Source of the DNA: Watersipora subatra
Taxonomy: Eukaryota
NCBI RefSeq assembly: GCF_963576615.1
Contig: NC_088716.1
Location: forward strand, 43,495,910 to 43,559,909
Direction of reading: 5' to 3'
DNA: 64,000 nucleotides
In this document: positions 37,560 through 48,875 of the stretch, in pieces
Layout: every line of letters starts with the position of its first letter
Position numbering within the stretch: the stretch's first letter is position 1
Program-made: the position numbers and the translations under genes
Notes under the pieces: generated by a model
Told to the model about the DNA's origin: nothing
The model's input: the letters and a program-made list of their open reading frames with translations, nothing else
Databases searched by the model: none

Positions 37560-38420
37560 TATACTACAGCTGTGCCATCCGGCGTTGCCCGGGTAATAGA
37601 AAAGTCTTTGGACAGAAAATTGATTTGTATTTAACATATAACAACATTTGCCATTCTAACTATCAAACTACATATCATGAGAGAAGTGTTTTGTCTTATA
37701 AATAATGAGAAGGAGTGAAGAGTTGCTCGCTATTAGCCATTTTAATGATGTGAGCGAACAGCTTCTCATGACGTTATGCTATAACCCGCGTCATACACAA
37801 AGCAGTTAGGTATTTGCTCTCATATAATGACTTATATTGGCAGGCTAGCAATTTGATTTCTGTAGTCTAGTGGGTAAGGCGTCAGACTAGTGAGCGGCAA
37901 GGTCTGAGATCGAATCTTCTTCGCTACAGAATATTTATTCCAAGATTTTAAGATCTATAGCTGGACAATCAAACATGACAAACTTTGATTTATATATAGA
38001 CTAGCTGTGCTACCTGGCATTGCCCGGGTAATAGAAAAGTCTTTTAACAGAAAATTGATTTGTATTTAACATATAACAACATTTGCCATTCTAAAACTAC
38101 ATATGAGAAAAGTGTTTTGTCTTAGAAGTAATGAGCGTTTTTGTTATTGGCCCGCGCGCTATTAGCCAGTATGTTTAGTAATGTGAGCAAACAGCTTCTC
38201 GTGACGTTATGCTATGACCCGTATCATACGCAAAGCAGTTAGGTATTTGCTCTCATATAATGACTTATATTGGCAAGCTAGCAATTCGATTTCTGTAGTC
38301 TAGTAGGTAAGGCGTCAGATTGGTGAATGGCAGGGTCTGAGATCGAATTTTCTTCGGTACGGAATATAAATTCCAAGATTTTAAGATCTATAGCCGCACA
38401 ATCAATCCTACAAACATACG
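37560..38420 (+). repeat. Tandem duplication (2 x ~430 bp) of a unit containing the 'cccgggtaatagaaaagtc...ttaacatataacaacatttgccattctaac' module and a tRNA-like segment.
   Basis: 37560-37990 and 37990-38420 are ~90% identical. The tRNA-like parts at 37855-37940 and 38285-38370 have a T-arm-like 'gatcgaatc' and complementary ends 'tctgtag...ctacaga', but their D and anticodon stems do not pair canonically. Confidence 0.7.
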
Positions 38421-40124
38421 ACAAACTTTGAGAAATATATATAGATATATAATCCTACGACCAAACACGAGCGGAGCGATTGGTTGGGAGATTTATGATA
38501 ATGCACATGTGCACAAAACTGCTGAAAAATTATCCGTTAACGGCCGTCGCAAACCCTTGTAATGAAATCTCATCAACAAATTTAACCATTTTTCTGTAAA
38601 GTCGTTTAAGTATAGTAATGATACAAAACACGTATAAACCTATTTAAATATGTTACCAAGACTTTGAAAGGTTACCACAAATGCCTAAACCTAACCCATC
38701 TGATCGGATTATAGATAAATAGACAGATTAATTTGGCCAAAAACCACGATAAAAACTTGACAATCTTCCTCTAATCAAAATTAAGACCGGCCAACAAAAC
38801 GCCAATAAGGCCGTGCAACAAATAGTAGAACTATTAAGTCGTGCACATTTCACGAGAAAAACGTGCACATTTCACCAGTCTATAGCACTGTCTACTTGCC
38901 GGAGGTTTCGGCAATTAACATAGGAGTACAGAAATCGTTTCATTCTTGCCTATTTCAATTTTTTCATTTTCAATTTCATTTCTGTAATTAACGTAAAAGT
39001 ACACAAAACTAATCGTTGCTTTTTTGCCGATTTCAAAGTAACTGACGTTTTGGACAATTATAATGAGTACTTTGGTATTCCAACTGAAGTCCGGAGCAGT
39101 GAAAGTAAAGGGAATGACGATGATATTTTTCCAACGAATCTTATAAGATTATTACGATGTTTAATTATAAGAATAATTATTTGATTTTATAAGGTTTAAT
39201 TATAAGAATAGTCATTCGAATTTAAAAGATCGAAGTATATAGTGACCGATGTTGGGCAATATGTCACTGTTATTATTTTTTCTAAATAAGTTTGTTAAAT
39301 AAATTTTCTAAAAATCTAGATAAATATCACAACTTCTTGATATTGGTTGTTATGACGCTTTAAAATGTAAACAATTGTGCATTGGTTTTCTATTATTACT
39401 GTATTAGTATATTAACATACCTGCCAACTCTTACGCATTGGGCGTGAGACTCACGCAATCACCCCAAATAAAAAAGTGAAAATGCGTGAGATTTTTGCCC
39501 CAATTTCCACAATTTTATATATACTATCATTGATACATCAATTGCCCCAAAACCAAATCTCAAGCATTGCCCCACTCTTGGGTTGGCAGGCCTGTATAGT
39601 AATAATATTGGTTATTCTAATAATATCAGTGCATTTTACTTCTAATATTGCAGTTCTCCTATTGCAGCGGGATGATATAAACATATAATCTTTTCCTTTC
39701 ATTATTGCTGTTTGTTATACATAATAACACCCAGTGCATTACAGCTACCATTGCAGTTATCCTATTGCACCGCAGTGCCATTTGACAGCTAATATTGCAT
39801 TTCTCAACTATCAGTACCCTTTCTTTTTTCCAATATCACTTTGGTCGTGGGCTGTATGACAGGGGAATTTCTAGTACACATTTTGTATTTGTCTGTCCAT
39901 CTGCCTGAGGCCAGGAGTAGAGGTTAAAACAAAATAATGCATTGTGCTGGACTTCAGTTTGTGGCATTCCACTTCGTAGACCGGAACACTAATGCTTGCA
40001 CCAATCAAAGGCATATAAGGATAATTATGTATTTATGTACAGTAGCTAAGCTTACCTCTAGGTTTACGACGCTCCCTTGATTGACTCATTTGACTTGAAT
40101 AATTTTGAATTGGCTTGCCTGAAA

Positions 40125-43100
40125 CATGAAGTTTGAATTAGCTGAAATGTTCAATACCCAATATAAAACTAAAAGTCACATCATGTAATCTTTCATAGGA
40201 AAAGAAAATTGATTGTTAACCAATCTAAATCAAGTAGTAAAACATGGTCTGGGCAGATACGGCTCTAAACGTTTACACAGGACCAATAAAGTTAGGTGTC
40301 AACAAGACTAGATATTAAGTGAGATAGACAAACAAAATTTGAGTTCATCTCATTGACATCATTTGCTTAAACAATGGTTAGGGTCAAGACCTTTAGTTAA
40401 ACAAAGCATTAGAGTCATTTACTGATTGTCACATGGAGCCACGAGAATCATTGCAAATTGAAAGGGCAGCCAGAAACTTTGTAAAAAGTTGTCTGAAGAG
40501 GGAAAAGATCATCAAGAGAGGAATTGCTCATTCCTAACATTAAATATTAAAACTAGTTCATTCAATGGCTGATTTGGCAGTCTGAGAATGTCAGAGACTA
40601 TAAACTGGCATAATAAAGACATGAAAATTCTTGATATGCAGTTTTAAACAAAAAATAATACATTGACACTGACCGATGTAATAAATAATTTATTTACCAA
40701 ATAAAAATATACAGTTAGACTGATATAAAGAGTACAAACTTATAAAATGAGGTCATGTGATTGAGCAGCTCTTTGTGCTCATTGATTGGTTGGCAGTCGC
40801 ACTACTTATTTTAGTCACACTACTTATTTTAATCTAAACCACCAGTAGGCCTGGTGATGCTTGGGATTTTTCATTATCAATCAGATACCCTAAAGGTGAG
40901 TGTTTAGGAAGCTGGTTCATAGGAACCAGATGGAGTTTTGAGATCAAATACTTTAGTGACCTGACTAAATAAAAGAGCATATGCCGGTGAAGTTTGGAAA
41001 ACATCAGCCAGTAAACATCCACAATTTTTTCAAGAATATGATAAATAATAACAATGAATAGAGAAATACTCTGGACAAAAACTGAACGAACCTGTCGCAG
41101 GTGCTGATCGCCGGGCCTTAATAGAAGCATCCCTGCACCGATCCACTAAATAGTAAGAAAACATGTTATATGAGTCAAATTATTACACAGAAGTAATTAT
41201 ACTCTACTAAACATAATTAGACTAACACAAAAGTAATGCATGATGCCGACAGCAAAGACAGTGGCTTTATAAACACATGAATGATGCTATAACTAGGTGG
41301 TAATAACCTTAGGACCTCGATAGAGTCAGGTAATAATCATGTATATGATGATCACTCCCTCTTACGCTACAGATATCGAATACCGATAAGTATTCGAGCA
41401 CCAATAACTCGAGCTGACATTTTGCTGAAGAGTGAGCTTAATGGTTAGCTATATGCCAAAGCTTAAATTGATCCAAATCCTTAACAAGCAAACACAACTC
41501 CCTTTCCCCATCAGCTTTCTATCACGCATGAAGTTGTGTAATCAAGCAGATTATCTCTATGTCCACCAATCACCTGACTACTGCCCCAACTCACTTCAAT
41601 CTAACAATCACCTGACTGTTGCCCCAACTCACTTCAATCTAACAACCACCTGACTACTGCCCCAACTCACTTCAATCTAACAATCACCTGACTGTTGCCC
41701 CAACTCACTTCAATCTAACAATCCCCTGACTGCTGCCCCAACTCACTTCAATCTATTAATCACGTGGCTGCCTGGCTTATGCTTGCTATGATTGATGTGT
41801 TCTATTTACATAATGTAAGAATGAAGGGCTTGACAGGAACCTAATACAGGGTCAAATTGTGACAATAAATATCTGAAAATCTAAAATATCTAACAATTTC
41901 ACCATTCAAGTATTTAGGCGCTAAAATTCTCCCACCAAGTTTCTTGTCACAGACACCCTTTACCAAGCCGAAGGTCTTTGAGATTCATGTAAGTGATTTT
42001 TTGCATGACAACCACTATGATATTATTGGAGCATATATGTTATATCTACATTAACTTAACAAACAGTTATAAACTTTTAACAGAATAGTCATCTCATCAA
42101 ATTTGGAAATATGCCAACAAGTTATTTAACGGGTTTTGAGATGTTAAAGGTTGACTTGCAACAAAATTCACATTACCGTTATTTGATATGAAAAGATTCA
42201 CCATGTCTTACTCTGTTGTGTTGTAGGTGCAAAATATGTGGAAAGGTGATTACAAGCTCTTAAAAGCTCAAAAACGAACAGAAAATCGCGGCCACACGAG
42301 ACCGCCGTAGTTTGGATTCCCTTTCCAAAACGGCTCAAATGTGATGTAGTTGTGAGAGATGGTTTCCGTTTACACTTTCTTGCAACCTTAATCGTCGAAA
42401 TATTTTCACAAATATACTTCACGCATTCAATAAAACTATGTCTATTGATCTTACGCGTCTGTTTTATTGTCATCGTAATGCTGGCACTTTTAGCACTGAT
42501 ATCTTATAACTTACCGTGAAAAATTCGTTAAACTTTTTAACCTTACCTCGAATGAGTACATATCATTGTCTGATAATCGTGACGAGCCTGTTGGTCACCT
42601 GTGATAATCGAAAAGTGCTGCAAAAATTATTTGCGAAGTATTGGGTCACGTGATCAGATTACGACTTGACGATTGAATAATGCCGGAACAAAACTGTAAA
42701 GTAGCGAACATCTATATTCGATACGGGGTCTTCGGTGAAACCCGAAGTGTTTGTCATAAACTAGTACTGCGATAAGTTTTATATTGAGCTTTGTATTGGC
42801 CTTTCAATTAACGTGAGAATATACGTGACAAGACGATAACCAAATTTCGTGGTTACGTCATCGAAATAAAGAGAGTCCAATCTACGGCGGCTTTTCGTTT
42901 TTGAGCTTTTAAGAGCTTGTAATCACATTTCCACATATTTGGCACTTACAACACAGCAGAGTAAGACATGGTGAATCTTTTGATACCAAATAACTGTAAT
43001 GTGAATTTTGTTGCAAGTCAACCTTTAACAGTTAATAACAGCACTTCCACCCAGCATACATTCTTCCTTCTCTTTCATTACCTCCATACAGACAATCTTC

Positions 43101-43160
43101 GTAGTCCTCTACCGTTTCCTCCGCACAGTCCATAACAGCAGCATCATACATTTCCATATC
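40125..43160 (+). repeat. Composite interspersed repeat, copy 3, 5'-truncated and interrupted by a nested TTAA-flanked element.
   Basis: Collinear with copy 1 (21070-23770), except for the insertion at 42148-43024. Confidence 0.75.
42148..43024. mobile_element. Nested non-autonomous TIR element (877 bp) flanked by TTAA, i.e. piggyBac-type target duplication, with ~140-bp TIRs.
   Basis: TTAA at 42144-42147 and 43025-43028. The ends 'aggttgacttgcaac...gttgcaagtcaacct' are perfect reverse complements. Empty sites 'gatgttaacagttaata' are present in copy 1 (~23600) and in the homologous 37415 region. The internal ORF 42198..42473 has no transposase similarity. Confidence 0.7.
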
Positions 43161-43174
43161 TGGAGAGAAACACA

Positions 43175-43608
43175 GTATATATACATACATACATACATAC
43201 ATACAATATATATACATACAGTATATATACATACAGTATATATACATACAATATATATATACATACAGTATATATACATACAGTATATATACTGTATGTA
43301 TATATACTGTATGTATATATACATACAGTATATATACATACAATATATATAAATACAGTATGTATATATACATACAATATATATACATACAGTATATATA
43401 CATACAGTATATATACATACAATATATATATACATACAGTATATATACATACAGTATATATACTGTATGTATATATACTGTATGTATATATACATACAGT
43501 ATATATACATACAATATATATAAATACAGTATGTATATATACATACAATATATATACATACAGTATATATATATATCTACAGTATATATATAGTATATTA
43601 ATTTTCGG
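43175..43608. repeat. (TATATACATACAG)n-type satellite.
   Basis: Same family as 23781-24062. Source of the artefactual ORFs 43032..43692. Confidence 0.9.
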
Positions 43609-44569
43609 CGTCGCACAGGTAATAAAAACCTTTTTGCACAGAAAATTTACATTTAACCAACGTATGCAATATCTACCATTCCAACTTTTCAATGAAGGTT
43701 TTTGTTCATTTCCATGTACTATGTTTATGTTTGTGTACCATTACTTTTGTGTGATTCATACTGTATCGGCTGCAGTACCTACTACAGCTTTATACTGATT
43801 GCAATAGTCTTGTTGGCCATGTGAGTTGAAGCAATTTTCTTCTCGTATGGGCACATATTCTTCTTCTGGTATGGCTTCACGCATAGCGCTAGCTGAAGTG
43901 TTAAGCGTGAAGCCATGAAAGAGTGACAGATGTTTGACAAACGATCTTTCAAATTTAAGCAAAAATTTAGGCAAAAAATGAGGTACAAAAGAAGTAAATG
44001 CCGTAATAAATACAAAATTAGTATGAAATAACAGAATATTTGTAATTTTCCCAATGATCATGTAAAAAAGCTTCCACACATTTTTAGAGGGCTGCCTAAG
44101 ATATTTATATGTACGATTAGAAGGCTAATTTAGAGGAGAGGCCTGTTGTTCACGCTAAACCAAGCCAAGCTAGTCACTTAAACATCATCTTTTCTAATGG
44201 TCAACAGTCACCACGACTCAATCCGTAAAACCGACTCGGCTAAAACAATTTGCTAGTCAACAGGAAAAATCTTGACTAATTTTTAAAAATATTGTCTATA
44301 GCAATCATCTGTTCTCAAACTGATAATTCTCAGCATTTTGTGTAGAGGACAATACCCCGAGCAAAATAGTCATCACATAGTGCAAATTACTGCACATTAA
44401 AACTATGGACACCGTCAAAAACTGATAAACATCAGGTAGAACAACAGAAGGTCCTCAACAGCCAATTGCTGAGTTCAAATAATAGGTTATCCACCAGCTT
44501 ACAATTACTATCCCCATACAAAAAATTTATTTATTTATACAGAACACATCTGTGATTCACAGTAGGCTT

Positions 44570-44719
44570 TGGATATACAACATATATATATATATTTATA
44601 TATATTTACATATATATATTTATATATAATTATATATATAAATCTATATAAATATAAAAATATATATATATATAAATATCTATAAATATATATATATTTA
44701 TATATATAAATATATATAA

Positions 44720-44751
<32 letters not shown>

Positions 44752-44830
44752 ATTTATATAAATATATATATATATTTATTTACAGTGTATATAAATATAT
44801 ATAAATAAATATATATATATTTATATATAT
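44570..44830. repeat. AT-rich microsatellite (TATATATTTA/TATAAATA variants).
   Basis: Direct inspection. Confidence 0.9.
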
Positions 44831-44849
44831 ATTTCTCAAAGTTAGTGTG

Positions 44850-44960
44850 TGTCTGTGTATGTCGAGATATAACTAGTAAAATCTTAGATTAAAAGCTCCC
44901 TGCTCACTGTATTTGAACTCATGATGATTACAACCGCAGTCTTTCAATCCACACGCTTAA
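44850..44960 (-). mobile_element. tRNA-derived SINE-like head (minus strand): gtctgcatagctcagtggttaagcgtgtggattgaaagactgcggttg...catgagttcaaatac.
   Basis: It has an A-box-like 'tagctcagtggtta' and a B-box-like 'gagttcaaat', but its acceptor, D and T stems do not pair, so it is not a functional tRNA. A similar 'catgagttcgaatcc' tail occurs at 20490-20530 and 30160-30200. Confidence 0.4.
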
Positions 44961-45467
44961 CCACTGAGCTATGCAGACATAAATGTGTTGCACTTATCAT
45001 ACAGTGTATACCGTACGCACACGGTGCAAAAGTGCAGGCCAAATATGCACTTTTGATTATTAACTAATATTACCTTTTGCATTGGTTATTTTTTGAAGCT
45101 GTTGAAAAGCTAATTTTTGCTACCACTACTTATATTTTTAATTTGTAATATTTAAATGTGCCGTTTCAATTTCAAATGTTGGTTATATTTCTAGTTCCGG
45201 TTTTCCGTAATAGTGGAGAAGCAGCCCAGAGCTATCTTTCACTCTTATTTATATAAATATGGAGAATAAAGTAAGACCAGATTCTTGGCCAGAATTTTAT
45301 GCTGAGTTTAATGATATAGTTTCTACACCTATAACTGGTCACATTTAGAAGTTCTAGGACGATTTTATTTTGAGAGAGGACAACTCCTAAAATTTCGGAA
45401 AATTGGTATTTTTCTGTTTGAAATTACTGCTACGAGTCAAGTTTTCACATTTAAGAGTTATAAAAGC

Positions 45468-45758
45468 ATGGATGATAAGGAGTGTGTCTTCCATTGTGTG
45501 GAAATTTGTGGGGAAACCTTGGTTAGGGTCACAGCACAGCAGTGGAAAACTGCTCAGGAGTACACACGGAAGTGGACTGAGTTGGATGATGAACTTAACA
45601 TAGTAATTGCAGCTAACATTCTTGAACATGAGTCACACACAAACCTTGTTTGTCACTATGCATGCTACAAAAAATACTGCAATAAGTTACTCTTGGAAAG
45701 AGCTGAGGCCAGACATGGGAAGAGAAAATCAGCAGAGGATGCTGCCAGCTCTGAAGAG
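45468..45758 (+). CDS. Exon 1 (97 codons) of a large transposon-like gene: MDDKECVFHCVEICGETLVRV...HTNLVCHYACYKKYCNKLL...SSEE. It is Cys/His-rich and looks like a putative zinc finger.
   Basis: ATG in a good Kozak context (aaaagcATGG). Donor 'GAAGAG|gtgggtac'. The phase is continuous through exons 2-5. Confidence 0.6.
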
Positions 45759-46038
45759 GTGGGTACTGTGGTGTCCATCCATTTCACCACTGGGCACTGA
45801 ATAATGTTGCTCTTCATTGTTTTTATTGCCATTGTGATACACATAAATTATATATTTATTATTAATAAATCTCTATATTCATATTGTTTTACAAGTTTAG
45901 TAAGAGCAAAGCAATGTCATTTGTGCTCCATTTGTGTTAACTTATTTGAAAGTTTACATGGTGTTTGGTGACTTCCGTCCATGTTATAGTCATGCACTGT
46001 TACAATGACTGTTTATTTGTGTCATGAGTTTATTCTAG

Positions 46039-46198
46039 AAAACCACAAAAAGAACAAGGTCATTTGGCACTGTTAGAGGAACTGGTCCTCGTTTACCTCA
46101 GTTGTGCATCATATGTCAGAAGAAAGATAAATGGTTGAAGAAATCGGGAAAGAAAACTGTAAGAGATACGCTAGTCAAAGCACAAACCTTGACAGCAG
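46039..46198 (+). CDS. Exon 2 (phase 0 to 1): KTTKRTRSFGTVRGTGPRLPQLCIICQKKDKWLKKSGKKTVRDTLVKAQTLTA.
   Basis: Acceptor 'ttattctag|AAAACC' and donor 'GACAGCAG|gtgatg'. Confidence 0.55.
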
Positions 46199-46313
46199 GT
46201 GATGAATCAAGTCTTGTTACAAATAGGCTGCATGATTATGACGACCTACTTAGCCCTTTATTACTTCCAAAATAACCAATCGACATAAATTTTTGGCATT
46301 CACTTTTTTATAG

Positions 46314-46476
46314 GATTGCTGATTGACTACACCAGAAGACGGCCAGATGGACAAAAGGTATTGGATTTAATTGGTCAGGACCCAGATTTGGTAGCTATGG
46401 AAGCGAGATACCACAGAGTATGTTTCAGAGAATTCACCCGCCAAGACTTTAGGACAACACAGCCAGCCGTACAAAG
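46314..46476 (+). CDS. Exon 3 (phase 1 to 2): GLLIDYTRRRPDGQKVLDLIGQDPDLVAMEARYHRVCFREFTRQDFRTTQPAVQ.
   Basis: Acceptor 'cacttttttatag|GATTGC' and donor 'GTACAAAG|gtaagcc'. Confidence 0.55.
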
Positions 46477-46706
46477 GTAAGCCATTTTGTTTGCCTGCAA
46501 TCAATCTAACTTGAACATATACTGTATATAAGAGAATAGAGAATATATCTATATCTCTAAGATATAGATATATAGATATATACTAAGATATATATCTATA
46601 TCTTAGAATAGAGCTATCTAGCAATGGCACATTACCTTGTTAAATTCTGGGCTTTTTGGGGTCATTGGTGAAAGTTTTTCATTGCTTTTTATATTGATGC
46701 TTTCAG

Positions 46707-46865
46707 AGAATCAGATCCATACACTGAAACGTACCGGAAATACTTTATGCCATTCATCCAGAAAAAGATTGTAGAGCAAGGCAAAATATATAGATTGGTG
46801 GCACTGACCAAAGTCTTCACCAAAATGATAAACAAGTATGAGGATAAAGCCGTCAAAACATTTCA
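46707..46865 (+). CDS. Exon 4 (phase 2 to 2): RESDPYTETYRKYFMPFIQKKIVEQGKIYRLVALTKVFTKMINKYEDKAVKTF.
   Basis: Acceptor 'gatgctttcag|AGAATC' and donor 'CATTTCA|gtaagtgg'. Confidence 0.55.
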
Positions 46866-47029
46866 GTAAGTGGCGACATTGAAAAACTAATAATATTCTT
46901 TGATGGCAAAACTTATTCACAGTAGGTCTGAATAAATATGATAGCATGTGTTACGATGTGTTACTCTAGATCTGGATGTGTTTTTTTTTGCTAAAAAAGT
47001 TCAAATCATGGCTACTTTTTTATTTATAG

Positions 47030-48875
47030 GGCAGAACAACTGAAGCGCTTACTACAACGAGACTGCCCAACTTTGATTATGCATGCACAGACAAAGAAAG
47101 AAGGTATAAATGTCTACCATCCATCAGCAGTTGATCATTGCAGCGATGAAGACACTGATACATACACAACAGATGATGCTGCCTCACAGTACTCCATGAG
47201 CCCTCTCAAGTTAGGTGGGACACACAATTTACAAACTCCCCTCCAATCAGCCTACTACACTCAAATCATGTTAAGCAATTCTTTAGATGAACACTCCTAC
47301 AAGACGCCATGGCCTTTAACATCTGCCCATGTCAATCTCAAATCATTTGAAGAATCTGTACCTGAGGAAATTTTGCAATTTGTTGGTACACTCCTGCAAT
47401 CTCGCTCAGGGATGCCTATCCCACATTCTGATAAAGTCAAAGTCACTTCAGTTTGCCAGGATTTGGTTATGCTCATGTCAAAGGGTCAGCTTACTACTCC
47501 AAAAGCGTTGGCATTGGGGCTAGTTGTCAAACATTTGACTGGATCTAAAGAGCTGATAAATATTCTTCATAACATGGGGCACTGTGCATCATATGACAGC
47601 ATACAGAGGTATGAAACATCACTTGCTATGCACTCACTTGAAAACCAGTCAAAAGTGCCAGACAACTTTGAGTATGGACAACCCATAGTGGTGGTATGGG
47701 ATAACATAGACTTCTTGGAAGCGACGAGAACGGGCCACAATACTACACAACACACAAATGGGATATTACTTCAACTACGTTTCCAAAAACCCAAAACCAA
47801 AACAGACAAACAAAATCGACCACGCGGTGGAACTAGAACACTAATCCAATTTACTGAATCAATAGACCACCTGCCCACATATTCAAGAACAAACCCTGCA
47901 CATTTGAATGCAGTTGAGATCTCTCCCATACAAAGAATTCTTGACACTGACATTCTTGAGTTCCAGTTTGCCCTTGTACGCAGGCAAAACGAATACAGCA
48001 AGCCTAGCTGGACTGGTTTCAATAAGATGTTTAGGCAAGCTGAAAGCTCTCCCAAAACTGAGATTATGTACCTGCCAGTGATACAGGCTGCCCCTACTGA
48101 TATTGAGGTTGTAAATCAAGTTCTTCAGAAAAGTATCGATGACGCTGACAAGTTTGGTATAGAAACTGCAGTAGTAGTGTTTGACCAAGCTATATATTGT
48201 AAAGCACAAACTATTCGCTTCCTCAATCCCATTCTGATGTCAAGACTTGTCTCTAGATTAGGAGATTTCCACACAGTGATGGCTTTTCTTGGTGTGATAG
48301 GCAAAAGGTATGGTGATGGTGGGTGGGCTAAAATAATCACAGAATCGCAATGTATCGCTGAAGGAAGCCTGAAAGGGGTGATCAATGGTCACAGTTACAA
48401 TAGGTCCATCATGGCACACAAACTTTGCATGGAAGCACTGTATGACCTATTGTTGGATGAATTCGCTGAAAGTCTTGAATCCTCTAGTGCCCTTGACTTT
48501 TTTAGTTTGTACGTTAGTAGAGCTGTTTCCAATCACACTGAATGTAATCAATCTGAACTCGCCCACATGAATCAGGCATTCCAAGAGTTTATAGTCACCT
48601 CTTCAAAAGGCAACCCCACATTTAGATTCTGGGTAGAGTATATTGAAATGGTGACACAACTGCTAAGTTTTGTCCGCGCCACAAGGGAATCTGATTGGAA
48701 CCTCCATGTCAACTCACTACATAGACTCTTGCCATGGTTTTTTGCATACGACCACTCTAACTATGCAAGGTATGGGCACACTTTACTATATGGAGATGAC
48801 GCAGCTGGCAAAGACTCACCCCCTAATTTACCAAGCAATGACAGATCACCGTGGTTATTCTACCTTTCAATATGA
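47030..48875 (+). CDS. Exon 5, the large central domain (~600 codons) of the transposon-like protein. Motifs seen: VVVWDNIDF, AVVVFDQAIYCKAQTIRFL, LGDFHTVMAFLGVIGKRYGDGGW, HKLCMEALYDLLLDEF.
   Basis: Acceptor 'tttatttatag|GGCAGAAC' at 47030. The frame is continuous with ORF 47073..48875. The open frame ends at 48875, but homology continues in another frame, so a frameshift lies near 48780. Confidence 0.6.

Noticed and set aside
37855-37940. Possible tRNA genes here and at 38285-38370, 44850-44960, 58165-58240, 20455-20530 and 30125-30200.
   Set aside because: All have tRNA-like A/B-box or T-arm motifs, but the D, anticodon and/or acceptor stems fail to pair canonically. They sit inside repeated units and are better explained as SINE heads or tRNA pseudogenes. 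tRNAscan-SE is needed to be sure.
47073-47075. The 'M' start codons of the long ORFs (for example 47073 MIMHAQ, 25987 MNLGYG, 11213 MESGEN).
   Set aside because: The underlying codons are TTG or GTG, because the ORF track allows alternative starts. In a eukaryote these are internal codons of exons, not initiation sites.
48170-48215. Resemblance of AVVVFDQAIYCKAQ to the FEN1/XPG N-region (VAIDASMSIYQF), which would make the whole protein XPG-like with a long spacer.
   Set aside because: The similarity is too short and too loose. Only the C-terminal three-motif block (50060-50400) is convincing enough to report.
48766-48805. A tiny intron (gtatgg...gcag) that would rescue the frame change at ~48780 in the large gene.
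   Set aside because: Both candidate acceptors (48795 and 48804) lead to immediate stops in the resulting frame. A frameshift mutation is more parsimonious.
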